From Raillietiella orientalis (Eukaryota), in NCBI GenBank assembly GCA_036172245.1, contig JAYWIR010000004.1, forward strand, positions 124,001 through 188,000: a stretch of 64,000 nt of DNA, read 5' to 3'. Position 1 is the stretch's first letter, and every line of letters starts with the position of its first letter. The notes beneath the pieces were generated by a model, which was given only the letters and a program-made list of their open reading frames with translations, had not been told where the DNA came from and made no database searches. This document shows, one piece after another, positions 26,275 to 37,999 of the stretch. The position numbers and the translations under genes were made by a program.

Positions 26275-29200
26275 CTAGAACTCGGCCCCTACCCCCAACT
26301 CCACCCTCATGAGCCTTACCTGTGGCATTCGCAACCGGCTCGCAGCTTCCGGGGTTGTTCTCACGGCGGCATCCACCAGGTCTTCGAGGACGCCGGAGAC
26401 GAAGGAGCCACCGCGCCAGATTCCCCTCATCTTCCTACCGGAATCCATGAGAAACAGCTCGCCCGATCCGTCCTGCTGGTCGTTTCTCCAGTGCCCCACG
26501 AAAACGTTCCCGTTCCCTACGGGACAACGAAGTCGTCTCTCTTGGGAGAAAAGACAGTCCTCTCCATAAGCGCCGCGCGAAAACACCCCTGCACAGGGAC
26601 ACCCGAAACGGAAAGAGGGGGTTTCCTCGTGCCCGCGTTCCTCTTCCTTCCTTCTTAAATGAGAATGGATGAGGGAGAGAAGGTCGCTTTCCATCCTCTC
26701 CCCTTCATCTGATGCCATTCCCCTTCCCCTCTCCCTTTCTTCCTCATCCTCTTCCCGGCGCATTGTTCCTACCTCTGCTCCCTCTTCTCTTTCTGCTCTT
26801 CCGCCTCTGGCTCGTCTACATCCTCCTCTGCCCCCACGTTAATTTGTTTGAGCAAAAGGACCCGGAAAGAGTGCACTACCCTTCGTCCAGGAAGCTGCAG
26901 GAAGTGCTGCCACGCTTGGGACTTCCACGTTCCTTCCACTCGACGCGCTCCCTGGATGCTCGTCAGGACAAAAGCCAGACCAATCACCGGGAAAGTTGTT
27001 GTGCAGACGCAGCCAGAAGCAGTAGAAAGAGGAGGAGGAGGAGGAAGGGAGGAATGATAGGAGATGCTCGTTCCCTCGTCAGCGCCCCCTCTTCTCTCTC
27101 AGGCATCTGCACCTGCCCACCAAGAGACTCGCCGTCCTCAGCTCTCGAGGAGAAGCCACAGCTCTGGAGAGAGGAAGGGAGGGGAAAGGAAGCTGTAGGC
27201 GCTTCTCGCCCTCGGTCGACACCATGCCTCTCCCGCCCACCCGCGGGCGCGCGAAGTGCTCGGCTTCCTTCCCACCGCGGACGGCGGCAGGCGCACAGCT
27301 GGAGCCACCTACCGAAGACAAACGTCCCTGGACCGTGCCTCTTCCCCTCTCTCCACTCTCCAGTGTATGAGGAGCCGTCTGGATAGCGCGTCTCTCCATG
27401 GCCGTTCCTCTTCCCTCGTCTGAACATCCCGACGTGCCGTTCACCGGAGTCCAGGAAGATCACTCCCTCTCCCTGAGAGGAGACACCTCCGTCACCGAGT
27501 CAGTGGAGACCAAGGCGGAGTGGTTCGCCTGGGCGAGGGAGGGTGGAGGAGTACCTCAGGCTTGCCGCTCTTCCACTGCCCGGAGTAGTCCTTCATCTTA
27601 CCGGAGGGCTCGCGGTGAGCCTGGACGCCCCAGCCTTCCTTCTGACCAGCCACCCAGTCTCCTGCATACCAGGAGACCTTGCTACTGTCCTTGCTGGTGC
27701 TCAAGAACACCCCTTTCCCTGAAAACGGAACCACTTACTTTGGGACCTATCCGTGATCCCACCCGGGACGTGGGTCCTCGACGGTAGCAAACGGGAAATG
27801 GAGCGGCGCCAACCTGTAAGTCGGAAAGGAGCTCCTTCGAATGCAGGCGCAACTCGCCAGCTACTAATGCCCGAGACGTCCCGTCACCTGCGACGGCTCC
27901 CAGATCAGTTTTTTGCTTCGTATGCAGCCCGAGGAAGCTGGGAAGTCCCTGCTCGACACGCAAGAGCTCTTGGCTGGCTTCCTGGAACAGCCTCCACCCC
28001 CTTTTGCGACGCCACTCCCGCGCTTCCTAGAGGCAGCAGAGCGGAACCCGTCCTCATGGCAGGGGTTTCTCTCCCCCCTCCCACGAAGTGAGGCCCAGTT
28101 CGTTCTTGGGATTGAGACCCTGTCACTTGCGTGTCCGCCACGAGACCTCAAGAAAGGTGCGAGGGACATCCCGCAGGGCACCGCGCGCTTCCTTTCATTT
28201 CCCCTTCTGAGAGAGGAACGCGTGCGACGACGGGCACAAAACGCACAAAAGAAAAGAAAAGAAAATCCACGTTCAGTAGGACAAGTGGCAACCCTGCCAC
28301 GCAAGCGGCGCTGATGGATTCCATGAGGAATCCAGAGATGCCAGAAAAAGTGCTCCGTCTGCACCCCCTTCCCGTGTCCTCTTCATCCCGTCGGGGCCTT
28401 CTTCCCTGCAGACACGGGAACTTCGTGATCTTCCGTTCCCAAATGAGTGAATCCCGTTGAGTGCGCTGCTCACGGCACATATCTGCTGCCTGCTTGTGGT
28501 AGTAGAAGTCCAGGGAGTGTGTCGCACTCAAGATCTTCCCGATGGGCCGGTGCTTTTTTGTGAGGGATTGTGTGGAAGGAGGAGAGGAGGGCAGGACCGT
28601 GGGAGAGAAAGGGGAGTCATGTGTGCCGTGCTGAACCGAACAATTTCTTCTCCCAACGCTTGATTGTGATTGAGGTTCTGTTGATGCATCTGCTGAAGCT
28701 GCCGTGAGGAGGGTAAAACTTGGTAGGCATGAAGGCCCCCTGAAACCTCCACTGCCAGAGGGATCATGAGGCACCGGATCCGCGGCATGAAAAGAAAGCT
28801 GCGGAGCTGTGGTCCCTTCTGCTAAAGAGAGATAGGAAGGAAAAAGTCGGGAGGGGCAGTCCGATGAGTCTGCAAGGGCGGATGAGAAACAGGAGATCCC
28901 TCCCTGCTGGAATGGCAGCTTGGAAGGCAGCCGAAGTGGGGTGTGAGCAGCAGCAGCTGCAGAGGGTCATCCTACCTTCCCCTCCCGGTCCCGGAAGTAG
29001 CTTGTGGAGAGCTCGGGTTGCCCCGTGGAGAGCAAGCAAGCGAGACAAAAGTTCGCCTCTCTTTCCGGAGTCCTCCTATCCTCTGCTGGAACTGCTTTGG
29101 TCCAAATAAACTCATCATCAATCCTCCGAGTTGCACCCTCACACACTTGCTGTGTTTTCCTGCCATCCCCTGAGCTGCAGACCAGCTGCCCACTGTGAAC

Positions 29201-30634
29201 TTTCTCAGGTCCTGAATAGCCTGCTGGTCATTTTCAAAGGGTTCCATGGGGAATTGGACGTCGCTGAAGGCATCGCTACATTTTTGTCACGAAAAGATCT
29301 CTGTAATTTCTTTATCCGCTCAACACGTGTTTTCTTCTCTCCTTTGAGTGCTTGGTACTTCTGTTACACTCAGGAGACAGGAAGTTCTTGGATGCTCTTT
29401 AGCCTTCAAGAATCTGATGGCTGTGGTGCGCATGAAGAGCAGCTTCTTTCGGTCTGTAAAAGAGGGGAAAAGTCCGCAGCATCACACGTTATCAAGTTTA
29501 TCTGCTTTCTGAGGAATGTGCCACAAGTAACCTATATGGGGAGGATGGATAACTGGAAACGTGGACCTCCAATCCCACAAGCCTGAGAGCAACACCCTCT
29601 TGACCAAGGTGCGCCTCCTCGGGATGGGTGGCGGCTCTCTTCGTTAAACCTAAGGGAAAATTCCATCTGTGATCAGCAGATCACCTTTCGCTATTCTTCT
29701 CGGGAGCACACAGCGCAATGGTGTGAGCCTCTGGAAAGGGGAAGGGGAGTTTTCTGCTCGCAGCACACATGTTGTGCGTGCACACTACGCGCGCGTGTGT
29801 ACGACGTTGCTCGATCATGTTGACATTGTTCTGGCGAGATCGTTTTGAAAAGGAGATTCCTCGGGAACAAAAAGCATCAAAGCAAAGGAACAAGGTCGAC
29901 TAGACTATAGGACTGTCACGATGGAAACCTGGATGTGTAAAAAGGAAATGCAAAAGGGGAAGCTACGCTTCTTTCAGGTTACGTTGACGGGGACACAAAG
30001 CGTATCAGTGCAGGGTTTCAGAATTATCGAGAACGAAGTGGCGGAAAGCAGCATGAGTCCTACGTGGATGAGAGCAGTTGGTTGCGAGCAGGCCGACAGA
30101 GAATTTTTGAAGTCATGATGGGTTAAAGACCTCCCAGTTTTCAACATGATGCAGATCGTTGATGTGCATCCGAAGATGGGTTGACCGCATGATTCCTTTA
30201 AATAGGAAAAAATTGTGACTTTCTCCTGATGAACCGAATTTGCTTCAAATATTGATAGTATAAGTTGAATGATTAGGGGTAGCTTATGTGATTCATATGT
30301 AGCTAGATAAATGCATGAATATTTGTTACATGCTTGAGACCGTACTTTGATTCAGGAAGGTTTACAAAATCATACTTATAAACCGACTTCCACTTGCTAC
30401 AAACTCTTAATCAGATACTGATTCTTTGCCAACATGTTATACAAGTGTGTTTTGATAAAATGGCGCGTTGCTGGATGGATAGATACTTATAAATTTTCAT
30501 TTACCATGTTGTCTGCCATTCTTCCATTCCCCTGTATACTGTCCATCAGAAGGATAATACACTGTATGAAGAAGACCGTCCCTTTCCATTATCTTTCAGG
30601 TTTGTGTTGTTACCTCTTGTTTCAACATTGGCAT
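26275..30634 (-). CDS. MORN3: MORN repeat-containing protein 3 (possibly N-terminally truncated or pseudogenising)
   Basis: Exons 30505-30634, 27555-27718, 27313-27472 and 26320-26516 join in frame via GT-AG introns (phases 1,0,1): MPMLKQEVTTQT*KIMERDGLLHTVYYPSDGQYTGEWKNGRQHG|KGVFL...YAGDWVAGQKEGWG...YSGQWKSGKPE|GEGVIFL...YPDGSSYTGEWREGKRHGPGTFVFG|NGNVFVGHWRNDQQDGSGELFLMDSGRKMRGIW...SGVLEDL...MPQ. Colinear with MORN3 as recalled. The 3' end is either read-through to the stop at 26275 or an unlocated last exon after the donor at 26319. Confidence 0.85.
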
Positions 30635-32379
30635 AGTATTATACGTATCATATCATTTAATTATTATATTTCTGGTCCATTGATTGCACTTCAGAATTTA
30701 CACAGTAGGAAAATATAGATATCTTTTTTCAAATTTTGGCACTCATGGAATGTAATGAGTAAAGCTCATTGTTGAATGCTTTATTGAATATTCTATGTCA
30801 GAATCATTCTTCTGAAAATTCTTTGATTTTATTTGAAAAACACGAAATCAGTGAGGGTCAGAGATATGTCTAGTCCAGTGAACAAATAAGCATACTTTTG
30901 AGGCAAAGTATCAATACAGTCATGTAAAATAGAAATTCGTGCCAGGATTTCCTCCTTTTCTTTTTGAATGTGAATGGCTATCACGCAAGAAATATCAATA
31001 AAATATGTGAACCCAGTTTGATTGGGAAAATTTGAAATACTAAATGCCTCTCTGTAAGGTTTATAATAGTTTCTCTTGCAAGGAATGTGTGGTATCTAAA
31101 TTCGACTTTGTTGTGATTGCTCATCAGCTTTGTAACTTACACTGGCAAAATATATATATGTGTGTGTGTTATTTGGTCTTGTTAGATTGTTCAGTCTTTA
31201 GCAGAAGCAAATTAAAAAGGAACCTTTGTTAAATTTGCAGTCACCATTCAATTTGGGGGATTAACTGAGTTTTGCTTCATAAATTCGCAGCATGAAGCAG
31301 TTAATAAGCAAGTTCTAAAATCATACGAAAGTGACTTCTTTGTTAATTTATGTACTTCTTATTAACAAGTTAGCAAAAAATTCTTATTCATATAAGTTAT
31401 TAATTTTTAGGAGTTGAAATTATTGATTTTTAGGATTGAAAACGACTCTTCCCAAGACTATCACTTCTCAATGATCAGAGCAGTTTGTTCAATAATACCA
31501 CACTTTCAAATCTCGAATCGCGAATTATTCTGATAACTTTTACTTTTGTGTAACTCAATGTACTTTTTGATATTTCGAAGATAAATAGTTCATTTTCGTT
31601 ATCTTTTCTCAGATCTACAATGAGAAACATGTCCCCATATAGCATTATGGTCACAGTAGGTTCATGGATACTACATAAAATAGAAGTTGATAATAATGAA
31701 AGGTGAAGAAAAATGATGCAAATAAGGAAACCTAAAGATGGAAAAATGAAACAACTATGATTTGATCGGTTCGTTACAGGTCTTCATTTCTTATTACTTC
31801 TTTTCTTCATTTCTTTCTTTAAAGAATTTATTTTCAAATTATAGAGAATGAGTGCAGAATATTTTTAAAGGCACACATTCAAACCCGAAAGAAAGAACCC
31901 AAAAGATGTTATTTTTAAGTGTGAGAAAAATTGTTGATACCTTGGCGACTCTGCTTTTCGAATGGAAGAATTGTAGGAAATAAACTCCTGAAAATGGTGA
32001 GTTAGTTATGAATTTTTACGCAATCTTGAAATTGATTCTAATCATAAGTGAAAATGTAACGAATTCTTACATTGCTGTAATTTTACGACAGTTTTTTCAA
32101 TACAAGCCGAATACAGTTTTCTCACGACTCTTGACCGTCAACGAAAAGTGTATTCAATGCCCAGAGCATGAAAAGCATGCAGTGATATTACCACAGATGT
32201 ACTGTTTTATAGTACATATTTGCGGTATTAAGTAATTACTTGTTTTATATAAATTTTATATTCGTGTTTTAGGAGTAGAATATACTGTATGATACTTTTT
32301 AACTGCGAACAGCGTTTTCAAATGATAAACTTGAATGCAAAGTTTTCCAGCATTCAGAAAATGGTTGAGAGTTGACACT

Positions 32380-34112
32380 ATGCGAAGTAAGCCTGGAAAT
32401 ACAAGTTCTTCCACCAAAAATTCGTATACAAACAGTCAAAGTGAAAATGGGACAGATGAGTGCCGTATTTTAGAACCTGTGTTTACTGTCAAGTTTAGTG
32501 ATGTGGAAACATCAAAGTAAGATTGATACGTTCGTAATCCTGTAATTTTTCGCCCAATTTTATGTGAATAACGAGTATTTTGTTTAGAAAGTACTGGAAA
32601 GCAGTCAAGGAATTTTTAGAAGGGTTACTTCATAATGATGTCACACCAGAAGCAAGTTCATCTGCCATCAGTGAACTTGAATTGCATATCTATGCAAATG
32701 AAAGCAATACGGAACCTTTTTTTATCATGGATAAAAGCCAGGCAGACAGTTCCACTGCTGAGATTCCATCATATGAACTTGTAATTCACATGCATATTTT
32801 ATACTTATATTCAAAGTGTAGGATTTCAGTGACACTTTGCAAGAAATTCATACATTGGATTCTTCAGTAGAAAATGAAGAAGATAATCCTGCTAAATTGT
32901 GTTGTTTTAACTGCTTAAGAAGTCACAGGCTGGAAGAATGCCTAGAGGAACGTGACCAATCACGTATCAGTTTTAACAAAAGAAAATATTTTGCATCTCG
33001 CAACCAAGTAAAATCCAGGTTAAACTAGATTGATCAAAGGGGTACAGCAAAGTGATTATTGATTATCCAGTCGCTACCATATGGAAGAAGATCCTCGTTT
33101 TTCATCATTTCGTCCAGGCTATATGAGCAGAAAATTACGCGAGGCATTGGGATTGTATTACAACCAGCTTCCCTATTATATTTATAAGATGCGGTTGCTG
33201 GGATACCCTCCTGGCTGGCTAGAAGAAGCAAAAATGGAGAAATCTGGAATCATCTTATTTGGTTCAGATGGGAACAGTATGTAAAAACTTGTAGAAAGCT
33301 GAGGAGTATGCTAGTTGGGATCAGGAATTGCTAATGAGGAAGATGGAGAATTGGTAGAAGAGGAATATGATTTCCAGAAGATTATTGAGTATCCAGGATT
33401 CAATGTGTATCCAGCAAATTATGTGATTGATGTACGGCCATATCCATTTTAGCTTGTTGGGCATCTTCATTCTATGATTGCAGGAAGCTAACTACTACCA
33501 TATGCCACCAATTCTGCCACACAATCTCAAAATCAACTGGCACTTCCAGATTCCTAAGGCTGTTGTTACTGACAAACCATGCATTCAAAGAAGAAAGCCT
33601 CCTACAATGTACAAGGATTCCAACAGTTTAGAACAAAGGCATGAAGTGGATATGGATCTTGGATCTGACAGTAAAAATAACCAATAGCAAATTTTCCATA
33701 GTCACTTTCCTGTTGACTTTTAGATGAGGAACAGTTGACTTTATTAAGGGACTCTCAAAAACTTCCTGTGGCCAACAATGCTGCTGCTTCCTCTCCAGTG
33801 GATGCAACAACACGAGCTCTTTCTCCCTCTTTAGAAGACTTAGAAGCAGAAAAAAGTAAGCTGCTTGCTCAATTGGAGCAAGCAGCTGAAGATGAAGAAG
33901 AGCCAAAAAGCAAATTGGAACTTGGCACTGTTGTGCCTCAGACTTTATTTTCTAATCATCGCATACCCCCACCTGAAAGATTTGCACAAAATATCTGTTC
34001 CCATATCCCATATGAAAACCTGCCCAACTGCACAGGTGCTTACAAAAAAATGAGTTCCTTGCTGGAAAAAGTGCGCCACCAGATGCTGCAAATGCAAGGG
34101 CATACCCCATGA
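32380..34112 (+). CDS. ZCCHC8: Zinc finger CCHC domain-containing protein 8 (NEXT complex scaffold), multi-exon
   Basis: Zinc knuckle CFNCLRSHRLEEC; PSP domain FRPGYMSRKLREALGL...LPYYIYKMRLLGYPPGWLEEA; IIEYPGFNV; SPSLEDLE; C-terminal HIPYENLPNCTGAYKKMSSLLEKVR. Start codon approximate. Confidence 0.93.
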
Positions 34113-34190
34113 AAATACATAAAATTTATTTGACACATAGTAAATTCCAGCCCATTGCCTGTTGATAAAACAAACACACTCCAATGGCCA

Positions 34191-34612
34191 TTACAGAATT
34201 CCTGGAGATGTTGGTCCAAAATTCTACACTGGTGTATTCTTTCTCATTTTCTCATTTGCAAAAATTACCTGATTCTGAGGTTTACCATCTGCTCTTCTGC
34301 GAAGGCTTTCAGGTCTTAGGAAGAACAAAACTATAAGCAAGATTATCCAGCAACTCATGAGAAGAAAAGCACTGTGATCACTTTGAGAAGTCTGTAAACC
34401 TTCAGAAACAAGTAAGTCAAGGAACATGCATTTCAATAAACCTTACTACTGTCTGGAAAGCATTCACTGTCATTGCAGTCATTTTGTGATGACCGTAGCT
34501 AAAACAAAATATAATAGAATAAACCACAGAGTACTCATACCAAATTCAGAAGATGTTGCATCATCATCTCATGATGCCATACGCACTTACACACATCAAA
34601 GCCGTCAGCCAT
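34191..34612 (-). CDS. SMIM14: Small integral membrane protein 14, multi-exon
   Basis: Spliced translation MADGFDVCKCVWHHEMMMQHLLNL|LRSSQNDCNDSECFPD...CWIILLIVLFFLRPESLRRRADGKPQNQ|NFGPTSPGIL*, matching the SMIM14 pattern FD.C.C...H...LL.LLR.SQ..C.D.EC...W...LF.LRP..LR...GKP. Confidence 0.9.
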
Positions 34613-37600
34613 TGTTTGTAATATTTAAACTCTGAAAATCTCACAAATATTTGATAAACTTCGGATAAATCATAGAAAAGAAGAAAAAAAAATCATCATT
34701 AGAAGTCTACATTTTGTTCTTACGACAGCATGATTACAAACATTAGAGACAATTATGCAGCAAACAAATCAAATGCTGTGCAAGGCCATATTACACGAGT
34801 ACGAGGTTTACTAGGCTGGCTACAAACGGCAATTAGCATTAGAAATCAGGAACATCATTTACCATATAACGGAATTTATATTGGGGAAAGCACGTATATA
34901 CGGCTTAATTTCAGGCTCATTCGTGAAAATACTAGGGAAAATGAAATGCTTAAAAAATTATCAATTTCCGTTTGCATTACACTGCCAACAACCATATACA
35001 AAACATCACACAAGCATCAACAATGCACTCTGTGGTTCGTAGAAATCAATATTTTCCTCAAAAATATGTACTGGCAAATATTATGGAGACACAAACTTAC
35101 ATGAACACGTTAACGTCACACATCTTGAACTAACCTACTTACCTTCCAACTCGATAAATCGTTCTATAAACATATTGGTACATGTTTGATGACGTATCAA
35201 TATCATATGCTTTTGGAGCAGATGTTTATGTTTTCGATTTTTACTTTTAATTTAGCAACATTTCGCATGATCATTGGCTAATCAACAAGTAATGTAGATC
35301 TTTAGATTACGATTCTTTATTTGTTTATTAATCATCCGCTGAAAGTGTATTCTGTTTTTTTTTTTTTTTCTGCAAGCATGGGACAGAAGCAGGATTTTCA
35401 CCGTCACTACTCGCACTGGAAAAAGCATCATTTCCAAGTTTCAATCATCCACAACATTATTTAATCATTTAATTCTTCATGCCCATACGTTTTATATGAA
35501 TCACAGATACCATTTCCTTGATAGATGCGCCTGAGTAGCACTTTTGAACACGAAACTATTATTCGAATCGAATGTCAGGAAATTGCAAATGCACCGTTTT
35601 AATCCATAAAAAGAGAACTAGTGATGGACAATAGGAGCTAAAGTTTTTCAAAGAGCTTTTGTTCTGATATTTACTTAAGTCGTTCATCAAAAATCAGACT
35701 TCCAAAAAACCATCATAATGGAAAACCTTTCAAAGAGAAAATGAAAAAAGTTGGCAAGACTGCTTTAATGTGCACTTTTAATGGGAACGGAAAACAGCGC
35801 AAATGACTTTAGGTAACAGGGCTTCACAAATTTAACGAAAATATGCACATCTTACAGATAATTACTATACTTTGGTATCAGAGTGCAGTGACATGTTCTC
35901 AGATACTTTTTATGATGAATATATCAAAATCTAGTGCTTGTGTGACAGACTGAAACTGAATACATTCTTGTACAAAGACAACTAGTGCACTTTGGGGGCT
36001 GTGTAGTGTGTCCATACTAGAGACAGACTGTTTTCAGTTGTCCTATGATATTTTTAGTCATCTGGTATAGCGTTTTCTTTCTCATGACAATCATTAACAC
36101 TTTACAGCGAATAAGGAAGATCACTTACAATAATGCAGTCTTCGAATCTGGTAATAAAACGAAATCTCATTTAGGAAGTAACAAACCACAGACAAATTGC
36201 CACAAATCCTATTTATCAGCTTCCTTCTCATTTTCGTCTCACTTGTTCTCTTCCACAGAAAGAAAATTAAAAACGTAGAAATCAGACCTCCTGTATGAAA
36301 CCATTAGTAAAAATGAAACAACTCAGTTTTCGGAAACAGAATCGATGACCACTTCGTTTTTTCGATTCATTGCCAAAGAGAATTGAGTGACAGAAGGGCC
36401 GTAAGAAGATTATAACTCACTTGCAGATCTTAGAGGGAATCTGCAGCTGCAGAAGGAGAGTTCTGTTCATTGTCACTGATTCTTTGCTTTGATGGATTTT
36501 AACAAAAACCCCACAAATCACTAAGCCATCCTTTGGTTTGTACTGGCATGACAATATTTCAAGCTTCCGTCAGCTGCCTACTTTCTCTATTTTTCGGCTG
36601 AATAAATGCTTCTCTAATTATTTAAAAGTTCTACTCATGCCATTAAATCGTGTCACTCAAAAGTAGTCTATCTTCTTTTCTTTTCTTCCTGTCTCTTCGT
36701 TACGGCCTCCTTCTGAAATGATCTCATCTCATCGACAAGAATATAATAAAAGATCATTAGTCTCCAGCATTTAATAAACCATCATTTCAAGTCATTGCTT
36801 TGAAGTGCAGAACGAATTGGCCTGAATTCTACGTCATATTCCTTACCGCATCCATAATTCGGGACTACATAGATAGTCCAATAAACCAGCGTTTCTTTTT
36901 TTTTTTTTTTCAAATACTGATTACAGTTTTTTTCCGATGAAATAAGAAATTGCAGTGCATTTATGGATCTAAATTGTTCATCCTTTTAATTTAGTTCGGA
37001 TTCTGCACTTTTTTATTCTTTCCTTTCTAAATATCCTTCCCCCTTGAATTCTGTTAAGAAGTTTTTGGAGCAAAAACAGACTTTACGTCACTACAGTCGC
37101 CTTCATAGTGGATGCTGAAGGTTTTCTTCCGGTCAATCTCCCATGTCATTTTTTGCTTCAACGACAGAGCTTTTCTGGCAAAAGCTGAGCGGCATCTTTG
37201 CTTTGATTGATAAAGTCATCTTTTGTAAAGAAACAAGTACAGAAGACTTCTTTCAAGGATTAAACATTCATTTTGCAAAGCTACTATAAATCAAACATCA
37301 AGGTATTCGTTACACAGTTACACTCTCGCTGCTTGTTTCCATAGCAGTAGCTGTGACAAGCTGAAGCATGAGAACATCATGAATGGAACCCAAATCTTGA
37401 TGAGAATCGAAATCGGCTAAATGCCTGCTATGCTTCTGGGAAGCTTTGGAAGAATCAAAATATTTCAAAGATGGAATATCTCTTGAATTTGCTGTGTAAA
37501 ATGAGAATATTTAGAAAGAAACTTAACTATGAACACTAAGTTGTACAAACTAGCCTTACCAGTCTGCATCAGATCTGAGAGATGTGAACATGAAACAGCT

Positions 37601-37999
37601 CTTCAAGCATTCTAGATGCAATATTATTATTGCATTAAAACTATTTTCTTCAAAACGACTTTCCTACATAAGAATATGGAAAACTAAACTGGACATATTT
37701 TATGGTTTTTATATTTAATTAACAGTAAAAATTCCATTGTTTTAAAACAGGGTAACTTTAAAAAAAAAAAAAAGAAGTCATTGGCACGATGCAGCTTGGT
37801 TAATCAAGTCTTAAAGAAAGCGAGTCTTTTTTCAACTTTAAAAAATTATCCTAAAAGAAATGTCAGGGAACCTCTATAATGTTAATATTTCCGATTTTCA
37901 GGTGATTTATGTACTAGTATTTGTCCCAATTTGCGTGTGGGTGGTTGTTAGGTGGTGCGCAAATGTTTTCCAACTGGGGAAATGACACTGGTTTTTGAC

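Noticed and set aside
28400..29600. Coding-like minus-strand fragments nested in MORN3 intron 1
   Set aside because: Frames are interrupted and I cannot assign a family or a consistent exon chain.
24150..30100. Horizontal transfer or contamination from a GC-rich protist or giant virus (MORN-repeat genes are abundant there)
   Set aside because: The MORN exons splice in frame to an AT-rich host-style first exon at 30505-30634 and are colinear with animal MORN3; no insertion boundaries are visible.
36280..37620. Minus-strand GT-AG bounded segments suggesting a spliced gene upstream of SMIM14
   Set aside because: Candidate exons contain stops and give no recognisable protein; could be non-coding or chance.
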